DNA from: an uncultured Burkholderiales bacterium
GTDB taxonomy: Bacteria; Actinomycetota; Acidimicrobiia; IMCC26256; JACPCJ01
DNA length: 57,614 nt
Direction of reading: 5' to 3'
NCBI GenBank assembly: GCA_964615175.1
Contig: CAZTOV010000005.1
Span: 1-57,614 of the forward strand
Shown here: piece by piece, positions 8,207 through 18,144 of the stretch
Numbering within the stretch: the stretch's first letter is position 1
Layout: each line of letters starts with the position of its first letter
Position numbers and translations under genes: made by a program
Notes under the pieces: generated by a model
The model's database searches: none
Told to the model about the DNA's origin: nothing
The model's input: only the letters and a program-made list of their open reading frames with translations

Positions 8207-9610
8207 GTGGCCGCCGAGGCAGCGACCGGGAGCAACGAGGCCGACGCGGATTCGCGCGTCGCGGAGGCGATGGCGCGGGCGCGCAAGGGGATCGCCACCC
8301 CGTTCGGGTGGGCGCCGGTGTGGGCGATGGTCCTGGTCACCCTGGTCGACCGGGTCGAGACCAGCGTGGTCGCAGGCGCCCTTCCGATCCTCCAGGACGA
8401 GTTCGGGTTCTCCGACGCGGCAGGAGGAGCCATCCCGGCCGCCGTCGGCATCGCGGGGCTGATCATGACCCTGCCGGCCGGGCTCATCGCCGACCGGGTC
8501 GATCGCCGCCGGTTCATCGCCGTGGTCGTCGCCTCGTGGTCGTTCATCATCACGGGCTCGGCGCTGGCGACCGGCTTCGCCTTCTTCTTCGTCACCCGAG
8601 TGATCCTGGGCTTCGCCGACAGCCTCGAGGGGGCGTCGGCGGCGAGCCTGCTCTCGGACTGGTACCCGCCCAAGGCCCGTGCTCGCGTCTACGGGTACCA
8701 GCGGATGGCCACGTTTGCCGGAGGCCCGATCGGCGCGTTGCTCGGCGGGGTCGTCGGCGAGACCCTCGGCTGGCGCTGGGTGTTCTTCCTCATGGTCATC
8801 CCCGGGCTCCTGGTGGCCTGGTTCGTTCGGCGCCAGCCCGAGCCGAAGCGGGGCCAGATCGACCGCGAGGTTGCCCTTCTGGGCGACGACGTCGATGACG
8901 GCATGGACGACGGGGCCGAGGTGGTGGTCGGAGGGGAACCGGCGCTGGCGGAACTGACCGATCTGCGGTCGCAGCTCCGCCGCCTCATGCGCATCGCCAC
9001 CGTCAAGCGCCTCTACTTGGGGCTCCTCGTGCTGTTCTTCGGTGCCGGCGGCATTGCCTTCTGGGCCCCGAGCTTCTTCGAACGCACCCACGATCTCGGC
9101 GAGGGCGCGGCAGCGGCGATCGCGGCGATCGTCGGCCTCGTGGGTGTGGGCGTCGGCGCCACGGTGGGAGGGATCTGGGGCGATCGCTGGCATGGCCGTT
9201 TCCCGGGGGCCCGGGTGGTGATCGGTGGGGGTGGGCAGTGTGCGGGCGCCCTCATCGGGCCTGCCGCCTTCCTCGTGGACCCGCTGTGGGCTCAGGCGGT
9301 CCTCCTGACGATTACCATGAGCCTCCTCGCGCTGGGCATTCCCAACATCTCGGCGGCCATCGCGGACGTGCTCCCATCACAACGTCGCGGGGTCGGGTTC
9401 GCCCTCCTCAACTTCATGGTGGCGTTGGGGGTGGCGTTCGGGCCGCTGATGGTCGGTGCTCTCTCCGACCTGTACGGCTCGCTGGATCTCGCACTGGCGA
9501 CCCTGAGCGCCCCGGTGTTCATCGGTGCCCTCATCGTGCTGCGGGCCCGGTCCAGCTACGAGGCCGACGCCCGCGCCGTCCTCGTCGAGGCCCGCCGCCT
9601 GGCCGAGTGA
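8207..9610 (+). CDS. MFS transporter (spinster-like)
   Basis: About 12 hydrophobic segments; GLIADRVDRRR motif A; LLSDWYPPKARAR. Confidence 0.9.
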   Translation: MAAEAATGSNEADADSRVAEAMARARKGIATPFGWAPVWAMVLVTLVDRVETSVVAGALPILQDEFGFSDAAGGAIPAAVGIAGLIMTLPAGLIADRVDRRRFIAVVVASWSFIITGSALATGFAFFFVTRVILGFADSLEGASAASLLSDWYPPKARARVYGYQRMATFAGGPIGALLGGVVGETLGWRWVFFLMVIPGLLVAWFVRRQPEPKRGQIDREVALLGDDVDDGMDDGAEVVVGGEPALAELTDLRSQLRRLMRIATVKRLYLGLLVLFFGAGGIAFWAPSFFERTHDLGEGAAAAIAAIVGLVGVGVGATVGGIWGDRWHGRFPGARVVIGGGGQCAGALIGPAAFLVDPLWAQAVLLTITMSLLALGIPNISAAIADVLPSQRRGVGFALLNFMVALGVAFGPLMVGALSDLYGSLDLALATLSAPVFIGALIVLRARSSYEADARAVLVEARRLAE

Positions 9611-9614
9611 GGGG

Positions 9615-9658
9615 GTGTGAGCAAATGGTGGGGTCATGACCCCACCATTTGCTCACAC
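9615..9658. repeat. Perfect 44-bp palindrome with GTGTGAGCA termini (family 2)
   Basis: GTGTGAGCAAATGGTGGGGTCA|TGACCCCACCATTTGCTCACAC. Confidence 0.92.
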
Positions 9659-9683
9659 ACCCTGGGGGTACAGTCGATCGCAG

Positions 9684-10958
9684 ATGGCACGGCTGAGCGA
9701 CCCGCTGGCGATCGGCGGCACGACGACGGTGCGGAATCGGCTGTACCGCGCTCCCGTGCTCGAAGGGGCGGGTGACGGCGACGACTGCGGGGAGCGGTAC
9801 GCGCAGCACTTCGTGGCCAATGCCGAGGCCGGCGTGGGTCTCATCATCCAGGGCAGCGCGTGCCTCTACGAGGAGGGGCGCACCTCCCCGGGGATGACGC
9901 TCGTGAACACCCGCGACCGGGTGCTCCGCCTCGCGGAGATGGTCCGTCGGGTGCACGACGCGGGAGCGGCGATCTGGCTCCAGGTCGGGCACGGGGGGCT
10001 CTACTCGATGGAGGCCTGGCACGAGCCCTACGCGTCACGGCGCCAGGCTCCGATCGTCACGGCGTCGCCGCCGCGCTGGTACCTGAAGCCGGCGTTCCGC
10101 GGCGTGCCCGTTCGCGCCATGGCCACCGACGAGGTGCATGCCATGGCCCAGCAGTACGGACGGGTGGCGGCGTGGGCCCGGGAAGCCGGGTACGACGGCA
10201 TCCAGCTCGCGTCGAGCAACGCCAAACTCCTCGATCAGTTCCTTTCGCCCTTCTACAACCGCCGGCGGGACGAGTTCGGCGGCACCGCCGAGGCGCGTGC
10301 CCGCATCCTGAAGGTCATCCGCGAGCAGGTCGCCACCCAGGCCGGCGCCGATTTCACGTGCACGGTGAAGATCCCGGTGGGGGAGAAGGCCCCGCCCGGC
10401 ATGCCCCACACCACCTGGGACGAGGGTCTCCGCATGGCGGAGCTCGCGGAGGCGTGGGGGTATGACGCCGTCACCCCCGTCCACGTGTCGGTGTTCCCGG
10501 ACACCACCCTGAGCCGGGGCGGGGTCCCCCGCTCCCTCTGGAACAACCCGGCCATCGTCAAGCGGTTCGAGCGGGCCGCGCCCGATCGGATGTCCCGATC
10601 GTTGATCCGGGCCGGCTACTGGCTGGGCGGGAAGATGAGCCCCTTCGAACCGGCCTGGAACCGGTCCCGGTTCCAGGCGGTCAAGGAGCGGGTCAGCGTA
10701 CCGGTGTTCGCGGTGGGCGGCATCCGCACCCGTGAGGACGTCACCGGAATCGTCGAGAACGACGACGCCGACATGGTCGGGATCGGCCGGCCGTTCTACG
10801 CCGAACCCGACCTCGCCGCCCGCATCCTCGGGGAGACCGACGCCGAGCCCCGCTGCCAGTACTCGAACCTCTGCGTCCCTGCTCAGATGCTGGGAATGAA
10901 GGGCGTCTGTTACAACCCGGAAGTGACGAAACGTCGACCGGCAAACCACCAACCGTGA
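9684..10958 (+). CDS. NADH:flavin oxidoreductase / Old Yellow Enzyme family, atypical active site
   Basis: RNRLYRAP, GVGLII, QVGHGG, AGYDGIQL...LLDQFLSPFYNRRRDEFGG, VGGIR, GRPFYAEPDL. Confidence 0.88.
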   Translation: MARLSDPLAIGGTTTVRNRLYRAPVLEGAGDGDDCGERYAQHFVANAEAGVGLIIQGSACLYEEGRTSPGMTLVNTRDRVLRLAEMVRRVHDAGAAIWLQVGHGGLYSMEAWHEPYASRRQAPIVTASPPRWYLKPAFRGVPVRAMATDEVHAMAQQYGRVAAWAREAGYDGIQLASSNAKLLDQFLSPFYNRRRDEFGGTAEARARILKVIREQVATQAGADFTCTVKIPVGEKAPPGMPHTTWDEGLRMAELAEAWGYDAVTPVHVSVFPDTTLSRGGVPRSLWNNPAIVKRFERAAPDRMSRSLIRAGYWLGGKMSPFEPAWNRSRFQAVKERVSVPVFAVGGIRTREDVTGIVENDDADMVGIGRPFYAEPDLAARILGETDAEPRCQYSNLCVPAQMLGMKGVCYNPEVTKRRPANHQP

Positions 10959-11019
10959 GGTTTGTCCGGAACCACCCGATCGGGGTCCGTGCCCGTTTCG
11001 GAGGCGCGCACTAGCGTCG

Positions 11020-11033
11020 GTGACGCACGTCAC
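11020..11033. promoter_or_regulatory. CRP/GlxR-type site
   Basis: GTGA-CGCACG-TCAC immediately downstream of -10-like TAGCGT (11012-11017). Confidence 0.55.
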
Positions 11034-11059
11034 GCAGATCCCGAAGAGGAGATCAGCTC

Positions 11060-11908
11060 GTGGCCCGAGTCGAGACGGCAGGCGAGACGGCCGAAGACGG
11101 CGCCGGGCGCGGCGGCTCGATCCTTTCGGTCCGCAACCTCGAGGTGGTCTACAACGACGTCGTTCTGGTGCTCCGCGGTGTGAGTCTCGACGTTCCCGAA
11201 GGGAGCATCGTGGCGCTCCTCGGAGCGAACGGCGCAGGGAAGACCACCACCCTGCGGGCCATCACGGGTCTGCTCGGACCCCACGAGGGTGAGATCACCA
11301 AGGGGCGCATCGAGATCGCCGGGGACGATGTCACCGGAGCCGACGCGGCGTCCATCGTGCGTCATGGTGTCGCGCAGGTCATGGAAGGACGGCGCTCGTT
11401 TGCCGAGCTGACCGTCGACGAGAACCTCCGGGCCGGCGCCATCACCGTGCGCGATCGGGCCCAGGTCCGGGCGTCGTACGAGCGGGTCATGGAGACCTTC
11501 CCGATCCTGAGGGAGCGGCGCACCTCGACGGCCGGTTACCTCTCGGGCGGTGAACAGCAGATGCTGGTGATCGCCCGGGCCCTGATGTCGTCGCCGACTT
11601 TGCTGCTGCTCGACGAGCCTTCGTTGGGCCTCGCGCCCAAGCTCGTGGAGCGGATTCGCGACACGATCCTCGAGATCAACCGGCAGGGCACCAGCGTCCT
11701 CCTCGTCGAACAGAACGCCACCATGGCGTTGTCGATCGCCCGCCACGGCTACGTGATGGAGACCGGCAAGGTGGTGCGCGACGGCCCGGCGCAGGAACTG
11801 CTCGCCGACAAGGACATCCGCGAGTTCTACCTTGGGGTCGGCGAGGCGGGCCGCCGGTCGTTCAAGGACGTGAAGTCGTACCGCCGCAAGAAGCACTGGG
11901 GAGGGTGA
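11060..11908 (+). CDS. LIV-type ABC transporter ATP-binding protein (LivF-like)
   Basis: GANGAGKT, LSGGEQQM, LLLDEPSLGLAP. Confidence 0.93.
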   Translation: MARVETAGETAEDGAGRGGSILSVRNLEVVYNDVVLVLRGVSLDVPEGSIVALLGANGAGKTTTLRAITGLLGPHEGEITKGRIEIAGDDVTGADAASIVRHGVAQVMEGRRSFAELTVDENLRAGAITVRDRAQVRASYERVMETFPILRERRTSTAGYLSGGEQQMLVIARALMSSPTLLLLDEPSLGLAPKLVERIRDTILEINRQGTSVLLVEQNATMALSIARHGYVMETGKVVRDGPAQELLADKDIREFYLGVGEAGRRSFKDVKSYRRKKHWGG

Positions 11909-11915
11909 CGGCGGA

Positions 11916-12755
11916 GTGAGCACACAGCCACGCGTCGATCCCGATCCCGACCTCGCGGTGGGCGGAGACGTCGCCCCGCAGCCGATGACGCATCATCTGC
12001 TCGACGTGGAGAGCCTCAGCCTCCGATTCGGTGGCGTGATCGCGCTCGACGACGTCAGCTTCCACGTCGAACGCAAGGAACTGTTCGCGATCATCGGTCC
12101 CAACGGCGCGGGGAAGACCTCGATCTTCAACTGCCTCAACGGCGTGTACCGGCCCCAGGTCGGCTCCATCCGGTTCAAGGGCGAGGATCTGCTGGGCAAG
12201 AAGCCCACCGCCATCGCTCGTCTCGGAGTGGGTCGCACGTTCCAGAACTTGGGGCTCTTCATGAACCTCGACGTGACCGCCAACCTGATGCTCGGACGCC
12301 ACCTGAAGATGAAGACGGGGTTCTTTGCCGGCGCCGTGTGGCTCGGCCGTGCGAAGCGCGAGGAGATCGCCCACCTGGCGAAGGTCGAGGACATCATCGA
12401 CCTACTCGAGCTCCAGGCACACCGCGGCACCCCGGTCGGCATGCTCCCGTATGGCATCCAGAAGCGCATCGAGCTAGGCCGTGCCCTCGCCATGGAACCC
12501 GAGTTGCTGCTCCTCGACGAGCCGGTGGCGGGAATGAACCTCGAAGAGACCGAGGACATGGTGCGCTACATCCTCGAGGTCCGGGCGGAGCTGGACGTGG
12601 CCATGATCCTCGTGGAGCACGACATGCACGTGGTCATGGACATCGCCGAGCGGGTGATGGCCCTCGACTTCGGCCAGTCGATCGCCGTCGGCTCACCGGA
12701 AGACGTGCAGAACGATGCTGCTGTCATCGAGGCGTACCTCGGCGGAAGTTCCTGA
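11916..12755 (+). CDS. LIV-type ABC transporter ATP-binding protein (LivG-like)
   Basis: GPNGAGKT, RTFQN, LPYG.QKRIEL, DEPVAGMN, VIEAYLG. Confidence 0.93.
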   Translation: MSTQPRVDPDPDLAVGGDVAPQPMTHHLLDVESLSLRFGGVIALDDVSFHVERKELFAIIGPNGAGKTSIFNCLNGVYRPQVGSIRFKGEDLLGKKPTAIARLGVGRTFQNLGLFMNLDVTANLMLGRHLKMKTGFFAGAVWLGRAKREEIAHLAKVEDIIDLLELQAHRGTPVGMLPYGIQKRIELGRALAMEPELLLLDEPVAGMNLEETEDMVRYILEVRAELDVAMILVEHDMHVVMDIAERVMALDFGQSIAVGSPEDVQNDAAVIEAYLGGSS

Positions 12756-12785
12756 CCACCGCACCCAGGACGAAGGGAGGCACAC

Positions 12786-14624
12786 ATGACCGCCATCGTC
12801 GAAGATCGACACCCGATGCCGGCCACCCCACCGGGTGACTCGAAGACGATCCCTGCGCTGCTCCTGCAGCACGCCGCACGGCGGCCCGACGCCGTCGCCA
12901 TGCGCTACAAGCAGCTCGGCCTCTGGTCGGAGTACTCGTGGGCCGACTACCAACAGCAGGCCGCGCTGGCGGGCCTCGGCCTGCTCGAACTCGGTCTCGA
13001 GGCCGGCGACCACGTCGCCATCCACAGCGAGAACCGGCCGGAGTGGGTCTGGGCCGATGTGGGCGCACAGGGTGTGGGGATCGTCTCCATCGGTGTCTAC
13101 CCGACGAGTCCGGCCGCCGAGGTCCAATACCTCTTGTCGCACTCCGAGGCGAAGGTGGTGATCGCCGAGGACGAGGAACAGCTCGACAAGACCATGGAGG
13201 TCCGCGACCAACTCCCCGACCTCGAGAAGATCGTGGTGATCGACACCCGGGGCGTGAAGGTCCTCGACGACCCCATGGTGATCACCTGGGACGAGCTGAT
13301 GGCGTTGGGACGCAACCGCCCGCAGGAGGAGTGGGAGCGCCGATCCCTCCAGATCGACCCCGCTGCGTGCGCCATCATCGTCTACACGTCGGGCACCACC
13401 GGGCCACCCAAGGGGGCGATGATCTCCCAGCAGAACATGCTGGCCGTCGCGAGCGCGTCGCAGGACAGTTTCGACGTCCGTTCCGACGACGAGGTGCTGT
13501 CGTACCTGCCGTTGTGCCACGTCGCCGAGCGGCTGTTCTCGGTCATGGACGCCCTCTACAACGGGTACGTCGTGAACTTCGGCGAGGGCGGCGAGTCGTT
13601 CATGGCCGACATGCGGGAGGTGCAGCCGACCCTCTTCCTCGGGGTGCCCCGCGTCTGGGAGAAGATGTTGGCGGGCGTGCAGATCCGCATGGCCGATGCC
13701 TCTCGACTGAAGCGGACGCTGTACCGGTTCTGGGAGCAGCAGGGCCGCCGTCTCGCCCGCAAGCGGATGGCCGGATCGATGACGCTCGTGGACCGCGTCC
13801 TGGCAGCGCTCGGATGGGTGATGGTGTTCCGGTCGCTGCGCGACAAGCTCGGCCTGCGCCGGGTCCGCACGGCGATCTCGGGCGCGGCGCCGATCGCCCC
13901 CCAGGTCCTCGAGTTCTTCTGGGCGATGGGGGTGCCCATCGTCGAGGGTTACGGCCAGACCGAGAACACGGCACTGTGCACCTACACGCCCACCGACGAC
14001 GTGCGCATCGGGAAGGTGGGCAAGGCGCTGCCGTCGGTCGAGGTGAAGATTGCCGACGACGGCGAGATCCTCACCCGCTCACCCGGGGTGTTTCTCGGCT
14101 ACTTCAAGAACGAGGAGGCGACCCGCGAGACCATCACCGACGACGGCTGGCTCCGCACCGGCGACGTCGGTGAACTCGACGACGCCGGCTTCCTCAAGAT
14201 CACCGATCGGAAGAAGGACGTGATCATCACGTCCGGCGGCAAGAACATCTCGCCGTCGGAAATCGAGAACGCCCTCAAGGTGTCACCGTACGTCCGCGAG
14301 GCGATCGTGATCGGCGACCAGCGCAAGTTCCTGAGCGCGCTCATCGGGATCGAGATGGACACGGTGGGGGACTGGGCGACCCGCCGGAACCTCGCCTTCA
14401 CCACGTACGAGGACCTGAGCCGCAAGCCCGAGGTCCGAGAGTTGATCCAAGAGTGGGTCGACGAGGTCAACCAGGGCCTGGCCCAGGTGGAGCAGATCAA
14501 GAAGTTCGAGATGCTCCCGAAGGAGCTCGACCACGAGGAGGGCGAGCTGACGGCCACCCAGAAGGTCAAGCGGAAGGCGATCTCGGAGGAATTCGACGAG
14601 ATCATCGAGGGGATGTATTCGTGA
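12786..14624 (+). CDS. Long-chain fatty acid-CoA ligase
   Basis: YTSGTTGPPKG, YLPLCHVAER, EGYGQTE, GWLRTGDVG, ELTATQKVKR. Confidence 0.93.
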   Translation: MTAIVEDRHPMPATPPGDSKTIPALLLQHAARRPDAVAMRYKQLGLWSEYSWADYQQQAALAGLGLLELGLEAGDHVAIHSENRPEWVWADVGAQGVGIVSIGVYPTSPAAEVQYLLSHSEAKVVIAEDEEQLDKTMEVRDQLPDLEKIVVIDTRGVKVLDDPMVITWDELMALGRNRPQEEWERRSLQIDPAACAIIVYTSGTTGPPKGAMISQQNMLAVASASQDSFDVRSDDEVLSYLPLCHVAERLFSVMDALYNGYVVNFGEGGESFMADMREVQPTLFLGVPRVWEKMLAGVQIRMADASRLKRTLYRFWEQQGRRLARKRMAGSMTLVDRVLAALGWVMVFRSLRDKLGLRRVRTAISGAAPIAPQVLEFFWAMGVPIVEGYGQTENTALCTYTPTDDVRIGKVGKALPSVEVKIADDGEILTRSPGVFLGYFKNEEATRETITDDGWLRTGDVGELDDAGFLKITDRKKDVIITSGGKNISPSEIENALKVSPYVREAIVIGDQRKFLSALIGIEMDTVGDWATRRNLAFTTYEDLSRKPEVRELIQEWVDEVNQGLAQVEQIKKFEMLPKELDHEEGELTATQKVKRKAISEEFDEIIEGMYS

Positions 14625-15517
14625 CCGAGTTCCTCGAGTTCTGCTTCCAGGGCGTGGCGATCGGGAGTCGCTACGCGCTGGTCGCGCTCGGGTTCGTGGT
14701 CATCTATCGGGCCACCGGGGTGATCAACTTCGCCCAGGGCGGATTCGTGCTCCTGGGTGCGTACCTCACCTACAACGCCAACGTCACCTGGGACCTGCCC
14801 TTCGCCGTTGCCGTGCTCCTCGCCGTCCTCGGTGGGGCGATCGTGGGGGCGCTGGTCGAGATGCTGATCCTGCGGCGCATGGTCGGCCAGCCCGTGTTCG
14901 CCGTGATCATGATCACCATCGGGCTGCTCTTCGTCATCGAGCAGGCCACGACGTCGATCTGGGGCTTCGACAACCTCAATCTCGGCGACCCCTGGGGCAT
15001 CGACAACACGGAGGTCGGCGGCGTGGTGATGCCCCTGCGCGACCTGTGGACGATCGGTCTCGTGGCCGCGGTGCTCGCCGGCTTCTTCGTCTACTTCCGC
15101 CGGTCGACGATGGGGATCGCCATGCGTGCCACCGCCCTCGACCAGGAAGCGGCGATGGCCCAGGGGATCAGCGTTCGCAGGGTGTTCGCCGTGTCATGGG
15201 CCATCGCCGGCGCGGTGGCGGCGCTCGCGGGCATGAGCCTGGCCACGGGTTCGGCGGCCGTTCGTCCGAGCATCTCGCTCTTCGCTCTGCTGGCGTTCCC
15301 CGCCATCATCCTCGGCGGATTCGACTCCCCGGGCGGGGCCGTCCTCGGCGGGATCGTCATCGGGATCGTGCAGCAGCTGACTGCCGGTTACGCCCCCGAG
15401 TACGCGCCCTGGCTCGGCAACAACTTCCACCTCGTCATGCCCTACGTCGTGATGGTCCTGATCCTCATGGTGCGGCCCTACGGCCTCTTCGGGACCCCCG
15501 AAGTGGAGAGAGTCTGA
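14621..15517 (+). CDS. LIV-type ABC permease (LivH-like)
   Basis: YALVALGFVVIYRATGVINFAQG, RPYGLFG; GTGA overlap. Confidence 0.92.
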   Translation: MTEFLEFCFQGVAIGSRYALVALGFVVIYRATGVINFAQGGFVLLGAYLTYNANVTWDLPFAVAVLLAVLGGAIVGALVEMLILRRMVGQPVFAVIMITIGLLFVIEQATTSIWGFDNLNLGDPWGIDNTEVGGVVMPLRDLWTIGLVAAVLAGFFVYFRRSTMGIAMRATALDQEAAMAQGISVRRVFAVSWAIAGAVAALAGMSLATGSAAVRPSISLFALLAFPAIILGGFDSPGGAVLGGIVIGIVQQLTAGYAPEYAPWLGNNFHLVMPYVVMVLILMVRPYGLFGTPEVERV

Positions 15518-16632
15518 TGCGTCTCCGGACCCGGCGGCCGCCTGACCTGCACGTCCGGCAGGAAGAGCGACTGCGTCTTCTGCCGTCGACGTGGGCGAAG
15601 GTCGGCGTGGCGGCCTGGTTGGTGGCGATCGCGGTCGGACCCTTCTACCTTTCGTCGTTCCAGATCACCGTGTTGAGCTACGCGGGGGTCTTCGCCATCG
15701 GGGCCGTCGGGCTCAGCCTCCTCACCGGCTACACCGGCCAGATCTCGCTCGGTCACGCCACCTTCCTGGGGGTCGGTGCGTACGTGGCCGCGTGGGCCGG
15801 TGCCCAGCAGGAACTGCCGCTCTTCGTGTGGCTCCCCCTCGCCGGTGCGGTCGGCGCTCTCGTCGGCGCCCTCGTCGGGCCCTTCGCTTTGCGCCTCCGC
15901 GGGAACTACCTGGTGGTCGTGACCCTCGGTCTCGTGTTCGTGGGCGAGCACGTGTTCCGCGAGTGGGAGTCGGTGACCGGAGGCGGCGCCGGGACCTCCA
16001 TCTCGTCGGCGCCGCTGGAGCTGGGGCCGATCGATTTCACCGGCATGGAGATCCTCGGTCGGGCGTTCAGCCGGGGAGAGATGGTGTTCCTCCTGGTGTG
16101 GGGGCTGCTCGCCCTGCTGACCCTCTTCGCCAAGAACATCATCCGGACCCGGCCGGGGCGGGCGATGCAGGCCATCCGCGACCGCGACGTCGCCGCCGAA
16201 GTCATCGGCGTGAGCCTGGCCCGCTACAAGGTCGGCGCCTTCGCCCTCTCGAGCGCCTACGCGGGGGTCGCCGGCGGCCTCTACGGTGTCGTGCAGAGAT
16301 TCGTCAGCCCCGAGGAGTGGAGCCTCTTCCTCTCGATCCAGTTCATCGCCATCATCATCATCGGAGGCCTGGGCACGATCTTCGGCGCCATCCTCGGAGC
16401 GGTGACCCTCGGCGTTCTCCCTCGCGTCATCGAGGAGGTGAGCCGCAACACCGATCTCCCATTCGTCTCGGGCGACCTCGGAGGGCCCGACGGCCTCATC
16501 AGCGTGTTCTCGCTCAACCAGATGATCTTCGGCGCGCTGATCGTGCTGTTCCTCGTGTTCGAGCCCCGCGGCATCGCGGCCGCGTGGTTACGCATCAAGG
16601 CCTACTTCCGGACGTGGCCGTTCTCGTACTGA
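15517..16632 (+). CDS. LIV-type ABC permease (LivM-like)
   Basis: GYTGQISLGHA, LRLRGNYL, GRAMQAIRD; TGATG overlap. Confidence 0.92.
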   Translation: MRLRTRRPPDLHVRQEERLRLLPSTWAKVGVAAWLVAIAVGPFYLSSFQITVLSYAGVFAIGAVGLSLLTGYTGQISLGHATFLGVGAYVAAWAGAQQELPLFVWLPLAGAVGALVGALVGPFALRLRGNYLVVVTLGLVFVGEHVFREWESVTGGGAGTSISSAPLELGPIDFTGMEILGRAFSRGEMVFLLVWGLLALLTLFAKNIIRTRPGRAMQAIRDRDVAAEVIGVSLARYKVGAFALSSAYAGVAGGLYGVVQRFVSPEEWSLFLSIQFIAIIIIGGLGTIFGAILGAVTLGVLPRVIEEVSRNTDLPFVSGDLGGPDGLISVFSLNQMIFGALIVLFLVFEPRGIAAAWLRIKAYFRTWPFSY

Positions 16633-16697
16633 CCACGCCGGCTCACAGATCTCATCGACAGCGGAAGATGAGAAGCAAGCGACCCAGGGAGGGGAAC

Positions 16698-18053
16698 GTG
16701 CAGAAACAGAAGAGATGGCTCAGGTGGGTGGCCGTGTTGGCGGCTCTCACCCTGGTTGCCGCCGCCTGCAACGGCGACGATGACGATGAAGGTGCCGACG
16801 GCAACGGCGGTGACGGCGACGCCGGGGCAGAGGTCGTCGGATTCGACGGCGAGACGATCACGTTGGGCGTGATTACGCCCCAGACGGGACCGGTCGCCGT
16901 GATCGGCAACCCGCTCACCCGGGGGAACCAGGTGTTCTTCGAAGCCCTCAACGAGGAAGAGGGCGGCATCGCCGGCCGCTACCCGGTCGAACTGTCCATC
17001 GCCGACAGCCAGTACGACGCGCCCACCGCGGTGCAGGCGTACGACCGGCTCAAGAGCGACGTCGTGATGTTTGCCCAGCTGCTCGGCACGCCCATCGTCA
17101 ACGCGCTGGTCGAGCAGCTCAACGCGGACAACATCGTGGCGCAACCCGCGTCATTGGACTCGTTCTGGGTGCGCGAACCCAACCTCCTCGCGCTCGGAGC
17201 GCCGTACCAGATCCAGGCGATCAACGCGATGCAGTGGGTCGAGGACGGCATGCCGATGGAAGACGGCGGCGGTGACGAGGCCGCGCTCGGCCGGGCCCAG
17301 ACCGCCGACGAGACCATCTGCTGGGCGGGCCACGACGACCCCTACGGTGAGGCCGGCGAAGAAGGCATCGACTTCGCGGCTGAGGAAATGGGCTTCGAGG
17401 TCGCGGAGAAGGTGCGGTTCGCCGCCACCGACGACGACCCGGCGGCTCACGGGCCCAACGTGGCCGCGCTCTCCGAAGCCGGCTGCACGGTCGTGTTCCT
17501 CACCGCCGTGCCGAGCACCGCGGGTGCAATCCTCGGAGCAGCCGCCCAGGGTGGCTTTTCGCCGACCTGGCTCGGTCAGTCGCCCACCTGGGTGAACGCG
17601 CTGGCGGAGTCGCCGGTGGCGCCGTACCTGGCGGCCAACTTCTACCTCGTCGCCGAGGGGCCCGAGTGGGGCGACACCTCGGTCGAGGGGATGGAGCAGA
17701 TGATCGGGGACATCGAGCAGTACGCGCCCGATCAGGCACCTGACATCTACTTCGCCTTCGGCTACGCGGCCGGCATGGCGACGGCGCAGGTGCTCGAGCA
17801 GGCGGTCGAGGGTTCCGAGGATCCGGAGAACCCCGACCTGTCGCAGAGAGCCATCGGTCAAGCGATGGCGTCGATCGACGTCATCGACACCGGCGGGCTG
17901 CTCGGTGACTACGAGTACGGTCCGGCCGACGAGCGGACGCCCCCGCGGGGCAACCGCATCTTCCGGGTCGTGCCCGGTGAGGAGAATCCCCTGGCCGCGG
18001 TCACCGGCAACATCGAGTCGGACGCCGCTCAGGCGTTCCCGTTCGACGCGTAG
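16698..18053 (+). CDS. ABC substrate-binding lipoprotein (LIV family)
   Basis: RBS GGAGG, signal peptide with lipobox VAAAC, GGIAGRYPVEL. Confidence 0.9.
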   Translation: MQKQKRWLRWVAVLAALTLVAAACNGDDDDEGADGNGGDGDAGAEVVGFDGETITLGVITPQTGPVAVIGNPLTRGNQVFFEALNEEEGGIAGRYPVELSIADSQYDAPTAVQAYDRLKSDVVMFAQLLGTPIVNALVEQLNADNIVAQPASLDSFWVREPNLLALGAPYQIQAINAMQWVEDGMPMEDGGGDEAALGRAQTADETICWAGHDDPYGEAGEEGIDFAAEEMGFEVAEKVRFAATDDDPAAHGPNVAALSEAGCTVVFLTAVPSTAGAILGAAAQGGFSPTWLGQSPTWVNALAESPVAPYLAANFYLVAEGPEWGDTSVEGMEQMIGDIEQYAPDQAPDIYFAFGYAAGMATAQVLEQAVEGSEDPENPDLSQRAIGQAMASIDVIDTGGLLGDYEYGPADERTPPRGNRIFRVVPGEENPLAAVTGNIESDAAQAFPFDA

Positions 18054-18075
18054 TCAGCGCCGACAACTCGATTCG

Positions 18076-18108
18076 GCAGCGGGCCCGCCGTCACGGCGGG
18101 CCCGCTGC
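18076..18108. terminator. Hairpin terminator after the ABC operon
   Basis: 15-bp perfect stem GCAGCGGGCCCGCCG, loop TCA. Confidence 0.7.
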
Positions 18109-18144
18109 GCGGTACGCCGCCGGGATGCGCGTCAAGATGGGGGC

